DNA of 32,489 nt from Octopus bimaculoides (lineage: Eukaryota), in the NCBI RefSeq assembly GCF_001194135.2, contig NC_068986.1:19681421-19713909 (forward strand), given 5' to 3'. Under the pieces are notes generated by a model. It was not told where the DNA came from. It saw only the letters and a list, made by a program, of their open reading frames with translations, and did not search any database. Below are positions 22,211 through 32,489 of the stretch, in pieces; position 1 is the stretch's first letter; each line of letters opens with the position of its first letter. The position numbers and the translations under genes were made by a program.

Positions 22211-22850
22211 ATGAACGAGTTATTGGATACATGTGTATACGTTTACACATTGTATCATGAATATGTATGCATATCATATATGTTCAGATGAACGTGTGCT
22301 TATGTGGGCGTGTACCTAGAGCAATTGGTTCAATGAACGCGTTTACACTTGTGCGTCTGTGTTAGAACTGCATGCATATATTATCATATGCAGATACAGA
22401 TATACATACATACATACATACATGCATAAATAAATATATATATACACACACATACACACATACGTATATACATACATACATTGAATACATGCATTTGTAT
22501 ACATATATAAATGCATGCATTTACACATGTATGCATCTATGTATGTAGATAGATTTAAATTTTAAAATAGTTTATGAGAAAATGCCATTTGTTTCAATCC
22601 ACGGAACTTGTCAAACGAAATGAAAATTTCAAACGGTTCACTTATTTTATAGTTCCGTTAATAGAAGCTTCTAGGATACAATGTAAGCTGTTTACAACTC
22701 ACTTCCAATACTAATAGATATGCTTATAGTTCGTCTTCTCTTCCTGTCTACATAACCTTGATACATATCATAGTATCATTTCTTCATCCCTCCATTTGTT
22801 TTCTCCCTTCATTAACCGCTTTCCTTTATGATGATTTATCTACGTATATA

Positions 22851-23250
22851 GGCGCTGGAGTGGTTGTGTGGTAAGTAGCTTGCTTACAAACCACATGGTT
22901 CCGGATTCAGACCCACTACGTGGTATCTTGGGCAAGTGTCTTCTACTATAGCCTCAGGCTGACTAAAGCCTTGTGAGTGGATTTGGTAGACGGAAACTGA
23001 AAGAAGCCCGTCGTATATATGTATATATGTGTGTATGTGTGTGTATATGTTGTGTGTCTGTGTTTGTGCCCCTAATATTGATTGACAACCGATGCTGGTG
23101 TGTTTAGGTCCCCGTAACATTGCGATTCGGCAAAAGAGACCGATAGACTAAGTACTAGGCTTACAAACAGTAAGTCCTGGTGTTGATTTGATTCGACTAA
23201 AGGCGATGCTCCAGCATGGCGGCAGTCAAATGACTGAAACAGGTAAAAGA
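22851..23250 (+). mobile_element. Full-length SINE type B with an internal TA/TG microsatellite
   Basis: tRNA-like head, CTTGGGCAAGTGTCTT (CORE-like), GGTAGACGGAAACTGAAAGAAGCCCGTCG, microsatellite at ~23004-23065, 3' half, GTAAAAGA tail. Confidence 0.92.
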
Positions 23251-23274
23251 ATATTCTCTTACGGGAAGAGATAA

Positions 23275-23493
23275 CAGAATCGTCAGCTCGCCGGACAAAG
23301 TGCTTGGTTGCATTTCTTCCGACTTTTTTCAATGTGAGTTCAAATTCCACAGAGGTCGACTTTGCCTTTCATCCTTTCGGAGTCGATTATATAAATACTA
23401 ATTGAGACCTGAGATTGAGTTAATGGAACTTCCCTCGCCCCTAATAACTTTCATTTCAGTCATTTTGCCTAAAGTAGAAAGAATTATTATTAT
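23275..23493 (+). mobile_element. SINE type A, tail variant 1
   Basis: CAGAATCGTCAGCTCGCCGG...GAGTTCAAATTCC...GACTTTGCCTTTCATCCTTTCGGAGTCGAT...GCCTAAAGTAGAAAGA(ATT)n. Confidence 0.85.
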
Positions 23494-23500
23494 CATCATA

Positions 23501-23620
23501 GCAGTGAGGTGGAAGAATCGTTAGCACATCAGGCAAAATGTTTAGCATAATTTCTTTACGTTCTGCGATCGAATCCTGAAGAGATCGACTTTCTTTCATC
23601 CTGGTGGTGTCTACCAGTTA
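23501..23620 (+). mobile_element. Degraded SINE type A, directly after the previous tail
   Basis: GCAGTGAGGTGGAAGAATCGTTAGCAC...GATCGACTTTCTTTCATCC. Confidence 0.7.
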
Positions 23621-23714
23621 CCCAAACCTGGTCCCAGTTTTGTCGATCACGTTGTGATTGGAATACAAAAAGCCGGAGCTCTGGAACACGTACCGCAACA
23701 CGTCTATTGATCTA

Positions 23715-23840
23715 ACAATTCCATTTATCGACCCCGAAAGGATGAAAGGTAAAGCTGACTTTAGTGTGATGTGAACTCAGGACGCTGAAAGTTGGAGTAA
23801 GTAACACAAGATATTTAACTGATGCTCTTACGAACTGCCT
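23715..23840 (-). mobile_element. Degraded SINE type A-like fragment
   Basis: TTTATCGACCCCGAAAGGATGAAAGG is the reverse complement of the core, followed by GAACTCAG (B-box region). Confidence 0.7.
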
Positions 23841-24439
23841 CGGGTACTGTTTCTCATATCACCTTTCATGTTAGTGAATGCGTTTTTACCTGAGCATCAG
23901 ATTACACTATGGGAATGGGTTTAATAAATTTTCTAGAATTTTTGCTATTTTAAACCGTAATTTGAAGATGAAAATTTTGCGTTTGGCTTTTTGCCATAAT
24001 TTCGTCAAAAATATTGTAACTAATTTTAGTCAATTTTTCTGTTAATTTATTCCGATAAAATTGAACAGGAATTGACTGGCGACAAGATAACACTTTCTAT
24101 TTTAAAATTATGTAAGGTTGTCTCTAAGCACAGCAATTTTAAGCAAATGGCAAAATATGCATTAACATTTCTGGCCCCCATTAGTTAATACATGGTGTTG
24201 TTTCTTTGATGGTGGTTGTCAACACAAACTAAGAAAAATAATTCAAATTCTAATGCTGCCATTAGATTTAAATCACACACTTTGGAAAATTGAATGCGTT
24301 ATATGTACGGTTGTCACTGTTAGAAGTAAAGTGCTAAGCGAGTTTAAACAGCTGTCGTCAATGCTAACAAAACTAACACATTTTTGCTATTCCAAAAGCA
24401 AAATGAGTAAATTGCTTTAATGAAGCACAAGGAAATAAA

Positions 24440-24760
24440 AACAAAATTACCTTGAAATTTAATGAGAGTTAGTGTATTGCTGTGTATTTAGTTTCCACAT
24501 TTACATACTTTAAACAGTTAGGCGATGTGAATATCTTGATTAAAAAGGTCGAAAGGGCACAAGGAAATTTCATGCAATATTATCTGAAGCAAGTGAGCAT
24601 GACAAACAGCCTAACCCTTTCCAAGCAATATCAACTAGAAGTGTTGAACTTAGCTGGAGAAGCCAAACAAACACCCGTTAATTTAACAGTTTTCTCGCTT
24701 ATAATTACGATGGTTCGGCCTTTGAGAATTAAGATTTTAACTACAGATGCAACCCAATGA
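24440..24760 (+). pseudogene. Possible degenerate CR1/L2-like LINE C-terminal relic
   Basis: LVYCCVFSFH, DVNILIKKVERAQGNF and YQLEVLNL loosely follow LEY...VW.P / DI..LE.VQRR / Y..RL..LNL. The similarity is weak. Confidence 0.3.
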
Positions 24761-24951
24761 CATTGATGTATTCCAAGCCCTCGAGTTTGCAAACTAGTAC
24801 CCTATCAGTTCAAATACGTACGCGTTGTAATTAAGCCAATCATGAGATTATACGCAGCCGCTCGATCGGCTAGAATTATTAGCTAAGCAGCCCTCAGTTT
24901 ACACGCTGCCAGCTTATAAACAAGCAATTACATTAGATCACGAGGTCTAAA

Positions 24952-25183
24952 CCCTTTAGCATTCAGATTATGTCAAACAAATGTCAAACAAATGTAATGC
25001 TTATTAATTCACATTGATTTGAATTAATTATGCATTATCTTGTAGCATTGAGATTTCAATGACGTGACTGTTTATCTTTAGAATGATATTGTAGGGTAAA
25101 TGGGAGAGGCCAGATCTGGCCAGTGTAAGCACAAAACAGGTAGAGTATCTTAGTTGGACATGGTTGGTTTAAAGTCAAACGGG
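24952..25183. mobile_element. Probable piggyBac-type MITE
   Basis: Starts TAAA|CCCTTTAGCATT and ends AAAGTCAAACGGG|TTAA. CCC...GGG termini with a TTAA on the right fit piggyBac; the right TIR and left TSD are degenerate. Confidence 0.45.
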
Positions 25184-25466
25184 TTAACACTAAGTCTAAA
25201 AATAAGAAGCTACGATAACCGCCATACATTTGTCACTCAATTTATATGATATATTAAATAAAAGGCTTAGTTTTGACTATGGATCGAAATGGGTAATATA
25301 CTCTACAGTGCACATGGCATATTCCACGGAAAGCTCCACACACAAAACACAAAAAACCTCAAGATCAAATAGGATTTTATATCATGTGATAGATATTGTT
25401 TGTGTCCAATACTCAGGCGGTTAAATACACGCATGCGCGCACCCATGTGTGCGTGCGTGTGTGTAT

Positions 25467-25526
<60 letters not shown>

Positions 25527-25706
25527 NNNNNNNNNNNNNNNNNNNNNNNNNNNNNNNNNNNNNNNNNNNNNNNNNNNNNNNNNNNNNNNNNNNNNNNNNN
25601 NNNNNNNNNNNNNNNNNNNNNNNNNNNNNNNNNNNNNNNNNNNNNNNNNNNNNNNNNNNNNNNNNNNNNNNNNNNNNNNNNNNNNNNNNNNNNNNNNNNN
25701 NNNNNN

Positions 25707-25992
25707 TTAGTAGACGGAAACTGAAAGAAGCCTGTCGTATATATGAATATATATGTGTATGTGTATGTGTGTGTTTGTCCCCCCAACATCACTTGACAAC
25801 CGATGCTGATGTGTTTACGTCCCCGTAACTTAGCGGTTCGGCAAAACAGACCGATAGAATAAGTACTAGGCTTACAAAGATTAAGTCTTGCGATCGATTT
25901 GCTCGACTAAAGGCGGTGCTCCAGCATGGCCGCAGTCAAATGACTGAAACAAGTAAAAGAGTAAAAGAGTAAAAGAGTAAAAGAGTAAAAGA
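25707..25992 (+). mobile_element. SINE type B (head probably in the 180-N gap) with a (GTAAAAGA)5 tail
   Basis: High similarity to 22985-23250. Five exact 8-mer tail units at 25953-25992. Confidence 0.93.
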
Positions 25993-26000
25993 GTGAAGAA

Positions 26001-26440
26001 CAGTTAAGAAAGCCAAGGCTGTGAGGATTTTTCAGGACATTTATAAGGAGGTATAATCTTCACAACACAAAACCCCTTCAAATGGGCAACACAGAATCCA
26101 CGGCTCCATACTTTGAAAAGACTGAACACGAACTACGATCGGAACTTACATACCATGTACAGGAAACTTTTTTACCACTTCTATACACCACTATACTCGA
26201 ATAATAGAACGTCAGCTACAATATTTCATATGTTATTTCTAATTTCATTCTCATATTTCCCCCTATTTTCCTTATCTCCTTCTTTTCCATAAAAATTCCT
26301 TATTTCGAAATCATTTTTTACCTTTCTCACAACGTCTCTGATGAAGGGATATCCATAATATCCCAGAGACAGCTGTAAGACTATATCTCTTTCTTTATAA
26401 ATGTCCTGAAAGCTCTTCACAGCCTTGGCTTTCTTATCTG
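26001..26440 (+). mobile_element. Penelope-like (PLE)-derived 440-bp unit with 46-bp inverted ends and an internal hammerhead
   Basis: 26001-26046 versus the reverse complement of 26395-26440 gives 42/46 identity. The hammerhead lies at 26334-26381. No TSD was found. Confidence 0.7.
26334..26381 (+). ncRNA. Type I hammerhead ribozyme motif
   Basis: GUCU (stem I) CUGAUGA A GGGAUAU-CCAUA-AUAUCCC (7-bp stem II) A GAG ACAGCUGU (palindromic stem III) A, cleavage site after GUA, then AGAC (stem I). Deviations: G at A14, and A/A flanking stem II. Confidence 0.75.
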
Positions 26441-26458
26441 TTTTTGTCTAATATACAC

Positions 26459-26513
<55 letters not shown>

Positions 26514-27925
26514 NNNNNNNNNNNNNNNNNNNNNNNNNNNNNNNNNNNNNNNNNNNNNNNNNNNNNNNNNNNNNNNNNNNNNNNNNNNNNNNNNNNNNNN
26601 NNNNNNNNNNNNNNNNNNNNNNNNNNNNNNNNNNNNNNNNNNNNNNNNNNNNNNNNNNNNNNNNNNNNNNNNNNNNNNNNNNNNNNNNNNNNNNNNNNNN
26701 NNNNNNNNNNNNNNNNNNNNNNNNNNNNNNNNNNNNNNNNNNNNNNNNNNNNNNNNNNNNNNNNNNNNNNNNNNNNNNNNNNNNNNNNNNNNNNNNNNNN
26801 NNNNNNNNNNNNNNNNNNNNNNNNNNNNNNNNNNNNNNNNNNNNNNNNNNNNNNNNNNNNNNNNNNNNNNNNNNNNNNNNNNNNNNNNNNNNNNNNNNNN
26901 NNNNNNNNNNNNNNNNNNNNNNNNNNNNNNNNNNNNNNNNNNNNNNNNNNNNNNNNNNNNNNNNNNNNNNNNNNNNNNNNNNNNNNNNNNNNNNNNNNNN
27001 NNNNNNNNNNNNNNNNNNNNNNNNNNNNNNNNNNNNNNNNNNNNNNNNNNNNNNNNNNNNNNNNNNNNNNNNNNNNNNNNNNNNNNNNNNNNNNNNNNNN
27101 NNNNNNNNNNATATATATATTATATATACACCGCTAAAATAGTGGATGAGCAAGCATTAGAAGTGTTGTCTACTTTGTCGTTTTAAAACTTCAAACATCT
27201 GCAGAGGGAGATTGTATATTTTGATAGCAAAGATAATCTCAGTTTATTGAAGCTGCACTAATATTTTTTGAACTCATTGTATTGCAAATATGAAGCTCTA
27301 CTTTCTGTACATGTATTTAGCATGAAAAACTTTCATTAAAAACAAAATGTTTTTCCTAGCCATATTTTTGACACACCATTGTAAATCGACCAATAGGCAG
27401 CGAGAAAATATAATACTGAAACTACACAAAAGATCCATCATATTACCCGAAGCTAACATGCAATGTAAAATCATTCTGATTCTCAGAGAATGTTTTAAGT
27501 ACCGGTAAGATGGTGGCGCCAGTTTCGTAGTGTTAATCAGATAGAGAGAAAAATAATAAATGCAATGTGGTTGAAGATAAAGCACCTTAGGTAAATGTTG
27601 AACGTTCTGCATATTAAGTATAAATACGGTAGGGTCTCAGATATGTAATATGACGAGTTAAGTATAGAGAATGTGGAGAATAGATAGAGAATATAGAAAA
27701 TAGAATGTACAGAATACAGAGAATGTAGCAAATATATAATGGCGTCACTATATACGAATATAATACGGAACTTAGTTCGTTAATCAAATTGTTCGTAACA
27801 CAATAAATTCGAATTCATATAAATAAGTGTAATCCGTTCGAAACCACACTTAGACACCGCAAAAAGGCATGAAATGATGTTTTAATTGTCCATCCATCAA
27901 CGGCATATTCATAAATGCATACATG

Positions 27926-28043
<118 letters not shown>

Positions 28044-28470
28044 TGAGTGATTAGTGTGTGTGTTTCCCTCGGTGTTACTTCTGTTGGTTCATTGTTATGC
28101 TTTTAGATGGAGCAGACACAGTTTTACAAAATTGTCGCGTTGGAATATTCTTTCTTAGACAACAGAATATGGCGTTTTTCCACATCATGCTAACCTTCTG
28201 TCCATGGACGTTAACAAACCATTTCTGTACGCCCTGCCAGCCACTTATATTCGCGCGAATTCTACTAGTCGTTTGTTGATCAATTTTCAACACGTTATGC
28301 AAGCTTAATTCCGTTCAGAAAACACATTCGTTATTAAATTTGCATGTGTAGAAAACCATTTGTATACGGATAGCGCACTATATATATAATGAATATAGAG
28401 AAGATATCGAATCTAAAAACAAAAAGGCAAGGGATATAACTCTAGTTGAAATTTTTGGACCATTTTAGAT

Positions 28471-28613
28471 AATGCGGTGTGGCTGTCAGGTAATAAGTTT
28501 ACTTTCCAACATCATGGTTCCAGGTTCAGTCCCACTGCTTGGCTCTTTAGGCAAGTGTATTTTACAATAGCCCTGGGATGACTTGTGAGAAGATTTGGTA
28601 GACGGGAATTGAA
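28471..28613 (+). mobile_element. SINE type B, 5' half (diverged)
   Basis: GTGTGGCTGTCAGGTAATAAG...ATGGTTCCAGGTTCAGTCCCACTG...TTTAGGCAAGTGT...GATTTGGTAGACGGGAATTGAA. Confidence 0.8.
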
Positions 28614-28766
28614 TATATGTATATGTATGTATATATATACTTGTGTTTGTGTGTATGTGTATATATGTATGTATGTTTGTATGTATATAGATATATATCT
28701 GTATGTATGTATGTATCTCTGTCTCTGTCTCTCTATCTCTCTCTCTCTTTCTCTCTCTCTCTCTCC

Positions 28767-28799
<33 letters not shown>

Positions 28800-29817
28800 C
28801 CCCTCTCTCTCTCTCTCTCTCCCTATATATATNNNNNNNNNNNNNNNNNNNNNNNNNNNNNNNNNNNNNNNNNNNNNNNNNNNNNNNNNNNNNNNNNNNN
28901 NNNNNNNNNNNNNNNNNNNNNNNNNNNNNNNNNNNNNNNNNNNNNNNNNNNNNNNNNNNNNNNNNNNNNNNNNNNNNNNNNNNNNNNNNNNNNNNNNNNN
29001 NNNNNNNNNNNNNNNNNNNNNNNNNNNNNNNNNNNNNNNNNNNNNNNNNNNNNNNNNNNNNNNNNNNNNNNNNNNNNNNNNNNNNNNNNNNNNNNNNNNN
29101 NNNNNNNNNNNNNNNNNNNNNNNNNNNNNNNNNNNNNNNNNNNNNNNNNNNNNNNNNNNNNNNNNNNNNNNNNNNNNNNNNNNNNNNNNNNNNNNNNNNN
29201 NNNNNNNNNNNNNNNNNNNNNNNNNNNNNNNNNNNNNNNNNNNNNNNNNNNNNNNNNNNNNNNNNNNNNNNNNNNNNNNNNNNNNNNNNNNNNNNNNNNN
29301 NNNNNNNNNNNNNNNNNNNNNNNNNNNNNNNNNNNNNNNNNNNNNNNNNNNNNNNNNNNNNNNNNNNNNNNNNNNNNNNNNNNNNNNNNNNNNNNNNNNN
29401 NNNNNNNNNNNNNNNNNNNNNNNNNNNNNNNNNNNNNNNNNNNNNNNNNNNNNNNNNNNNNNNNNNNNNNNNNNNNNNNNNNNNNNNNNNNNNNNNNNNN
29501 NNNNNNNNNNNNNNNNNNNNNNNNNNNNNNNNNNNNNNNNNNNNNNNNNNNNNNNNNNNNNNNNNNNNNNNNNNNNNNNNNNNNNNNNNNNNNNNNNNNN
29601 NNNNNNNNNNNNNNNNNNNNNNNNNNNNNNNNNNNNNNNNNNNNNNNNNNNNNNNNNNNNNNNNNNNNNNNNNNNNNNNNNNNNNNNNNNNNNNNNNNNN
29701 NNNNNNNNNNNNNNNNNNNNNNNTATATGCATGCCTGAATGTATGTGTATATTTATATGTATATATGTGTGTGTGAATGTGTGTGTGTCTGTATGTGTGT
29801 GCGCGTGTGTGTGTGTT

Positions 29818-29853
<36 letters not shown>

Positions 29854-30020
29854 TATGTATATAAATATATATTTGTATGTATGTATGTATCTCTCTCTCT
29901 ATATATATACATATATATATATATATGCATTCCTGTATGTACGTGTATATTTATATGTATATATATGTGCGTGTATGTGTGTGTGTGTATCTGTGTATGC
30001 GTGTGTGTGTGTGCGTTTGC
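28614..30020. repeat. TA/TG, (CT)n, an 891-N gap and TG/TA low complexity between the two SINE-B halves
   Basis: Read directly; the N run spans 28833-29723. Confidence 0.9.
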
Positions 30021-30215
30021 TTATCCCCCACCGCCGATTTATAATTGTTGTTTATTGTTTCTTTTTTGCGTTCCCGTAACCTAGCAGTTCGGCAAAAGAC
30101 AGCAATAGAATAAATACCAGGCTTTAAAAAAATATAAGCATTTGAGACAATCGTTTCGACCTTCAAGGCAGTGCTCCAGTATGGCCGCAGTCTAATGTCT
30201 AAAACAAGTGAAAGA
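30021..30215 (+). mobile_element. SINE type B, 3' half (diverged)
   Basis: GTTCCCGTAACCTAGCAGTTCGGCAAAAGAC...GGCAGTGCTCCAGTATGGCCGCAGTCTAATG...AAACAAGTGAAAGA. Confidence 0.82.
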
Positions 30216-30829
30216 CAATGCAGTATAAATTTGAATTTAATCCTTGATTCAATCCCCGAACGCTTCATTTAAAAACGTAGTTGTACCGTAACAGAATAAT
30301 ATTGAAATTAATACTCATTTAGGTTTTATGTCCGTGGATTAAAGGTGAGAAACCCCAAAGGATACGGTACCCATTCCTGATTGGTCTTTGGTGTGACGCA
30401 ACGTAAAATGTTGTCTCTAGAATTATTATTCTACTGTATTCTCTGTATAACTGTGTAACTATAGAACGCAGTCGAAGACATGATCTACAGTACATGCGAC
30501 TTTTATATTATTCATAAGACACACGTTGACTAATTAATTATGGGCCGACATCGGAGACATAATTTGTTACGTTCCATGTTGGTAACACCTTAGCTATGGA
30601 ACGAAATCAGAGACATAATATGTTAGAAATATAATGTTTATGTTAACTTGTAGGATAACTGATTGATAAATGAAGATTACTAATAAACTTTGACGTATAT
30701 TACTGGTATATTTTTCAAGGAATTTACATCTCAGTGGGACAAATACTGTATTTCGTTCACTGGATTAGTGAGTTCAAACCGTACCCCGAACACTTCATTT
30801 AAAAACGTAGTCGTGCTGTAACAGAATAT

Positions 30830-31045
30830 TGATTTTAAATTTTAGCACAACGACAGTAATTTCGAGAGAGGGTCTTAGTCGATTACATTCTCTCACAGTG
30901 CTCAACTAGTACTTAATTTCTCAACCCCCGAAAGGATGACTGCTAAGGTCGTCCTCATTAGAATTTGAACTAAGAACGTAAAAACGGACAAGACGCTGCA
31001 TATCATTTCATCCGGCATGCTGACGATTCAGTTAGTTCGCCGCCA
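30830..31045 (-). mobile_element. SINE type A, tail variant 2 (diverged)
   Basis: AAATTTTAGCACAA...GATTACATT...CCCCGAAAGGATGAC...GAATTTGAAC...GTTCGCCGCC. Confidence 0.8.
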
Positions 31046-31124
31046 TTATAGCATAATATTATTATAGATTATGTCTTCGATTTTGTGCCTTAAATTTCTG
31101 AATTCCTGGTGTATATAAAATTGT

Positions 31125-31265
31125 TTCTCGTTGAAGCATAAGGCCAATAATTTTGAGGGAATGAGCTTAGTTGATACCATCAACTCAAGTTCTTGAGTGG
31201 CACTTTAGTTTATGATAATGGTAAGCAAAGCTGACCTCAGTGAGATTTCAGCCCAGAATGTAAAG
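31125..31265 (-). mobile_element. Highly degraded SINE type A-like fragment
   Basis: GCATAAGGCCAATAATTTTGAGGG...GCAAAGCTGACCTCAGTGAGATTTCAGCCCAGAATGTAAAG. Confidence 0.5.
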
Positions 31266-31514
31266 AATAAGAAGAACAAATCGCGCTATGCAATTTATTT
31301 GGTGCTTGAATGAATCCACCAGCTCGCCAGCTCAGGTGTACATGAGAAAAGAAGAATAGATAACAACTGAAAACGTAGAAAAAGTGATTAATGTTCTCTT
31401 CTGAAGCTGTGTTTTATATAGTATTTACGCACACTTGACAGGCTCTCACGAATCAAACGCTTAAGAAAAAACCTACATCTTCATGGTTCTCTAGAAACTT
31501 CCTACAAACACAAT

Positions 31515-31516
<2 letters not shown>

Positions 31517-31586
<70 letters not shown>
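31517..31586. repeat. (TAA)~23 microsatellite
   Basis: Perfect array at the 5' junction of an RT fragment. Confidence 0.97.
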
Positions 31587-32099
31587 CATGGATCCTAGAA
31601 ACACGAGCCATGAACAAGGTAGCACCAATAATCATACAATATATAACACATTCCATGAATAAATAGCAGACAGTGCTACAGCTCCAAGTAAAAGAAGGAC
31701 TCATAAAAAACCAAAGCCTTCCCCATTCGAAGAGGAATACACGCTCTCTCCACTCCCTTTCTGCTTGGCACTGACCCCTTTATCTGACAGGCTAAACAGA
31801 ACTGGATGCCGATACAACTGTTACGGCAAAACAATCAGTCCCCTCTTATATATGGATGACTTAAAGCTGTACGCTGCAAATGATAAACAGCTGGAAATAT
31901 TACTAGAGACAGTACATGGATTTACCGAAGAAATAAATATGAAATTTGGCTTAGAAAATGAGCCAAAGCAACCTTGAAAAGAGGAAAACTAGCTAAGAGT
32001 AGCAACATCACACTAGATAAAGCAAATGAAATAAGAGAATTAGACAAAAAACCAGACATACCAATATATAGGAATCAACGAACTAGACATGATACAACA
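31587..32099 (+). mobile_element. 5'-truncated R4/Dong-like RT fragment (a different family from 709-1955)
   Basis: SWILETRAMNKVAP..., IRRGI (QG motif deleted) LSPLPFCLALTPLSDRLN...LLYMDDLKLYAANDKQL...MKFGL, TYQYIGINE. The catalytic YMDD is intact. Confidence 0.9.
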
Positions 32100-32101
32100 T
32101 A

Positions 32102-32323
32102 TTGGGTTGTCCGGAAAGTTCACGCCGATTTAGAGTAGCTTACCTTTCGACTTATTTGCCATGAAACCACCTCAATTCTGGGAAGAGGGTATTTTCAAGT
32201 TAAAGGAAAGATGGAGACGCATTGTGCAACAAAATGGTTCATATTTGGTTGATTAAAAATGTAATGGCAAGTATTTATTGACCTTTTTCTTTCCTTTCGG
32301 CACGAAAGTTCTGTTAGACCCGC
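32102..32323 (+). mobile_element. Internally deleted mariner element
   Basis: TA|TTGGGTTGTCCGGAAAGTTC left TIR. 32155-32256 reads FAMKPPQFWEEGIFKLKERWRRIVQQNGSYLVD* (mariner C-terminus). A degenerate right TIR (TCGGCACGAA...ACCC) lies at ~32294-32323. Confidence 0.8.
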
Positions 32324-32384
32324 AACCAGCAGAACTTAGAAAAACATCACAGATGTGCGTTGAGACACTAATACATATATATAT

Positions 32385-32489
32385 ACGACGGCTTTCTTTC
32401 AGTTTCCGTCTACCAAATGCACTCACAAGGGTTCGGTCGGACCGATGTCATAATAGAAGACACTTGCTCAAGGTGCCACGCAGTGGGAC
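32385..32489 (-). mobile_element. SINE type B, 5' half (runs off the window end)
   Basis: CGACGGCTTTCTTTCAGTTTCCGTCTACCAAATGCACTCACAAGG...GAAGACACTTGCTCAAGGTGCCACGCAGTGGGAC. Confidence 0.88.

Noticed and set aside
25953-25992. Regular short direct repeats as a CRISPR array
   Set aside because: These are 8-bp tandem units without spacers, forming a SINE tail in a eukaryotic context.
26047-26240. Open frame GGIIFTTQNPFKW...RLHTLKRLNTNYD as a PLE GIY-YIG C-terminus
   Set aside because: The resemblance is too weak to claim without a profile search.
27515-27541. CUGAUUA...CGAAAC on the minus strand as a hammerhead
   Set aside because: The core G8 is missing and there is no stem II or stem I.
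28097-28279. Acceptor-like TTTTAG followed by short ORFs
   Set aside because: No recognisable domain or suitable donor site was found.

Overview
AT-rich animal non-coding DNA, most consistent with an octopus/cephalopod short-read scaffold (inferred from the SINE and microsatellite landscape). About 4,030 bases (~12%) are N gaps, nearly all flanked by microsatellites. I found no host-gene exon I can support. The window is a mosaic of decayed mobile elements: at least 4 tRNA-derived SINE types (~20 copies or fragments), four fragments of restriction-like-endonuclease (RLE) non-LTR retrotransposons of the R4/Dong type that all abut (AAT)n/(AAC)n arrays, Tc1/mariner and pogo/Tigger transposase relics, an RTE-like fragment, and probable piggyBac-type and Helitron-type non-autonomous pieces. 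The ORF track does not show the main signals: (1) two type I hammerhead-ribozyme motifs with palindromic stem III, the Penelope-like-element signature (26334-26381 plus, inside a 440-bp unit with 46-bp inverted ends; 14605-14641 minus, in a 180-bp unit set in (TA)n); (2) a gapless 117-bp-arm palindrome (3973-4227); (3) a 113/114-identical inverted pair 2.65 kb apart; (4) a SINE whose internal microsatellite may have expanded to ~1.4 kb. All alignments and folds were done by eye, and family names are unverified.
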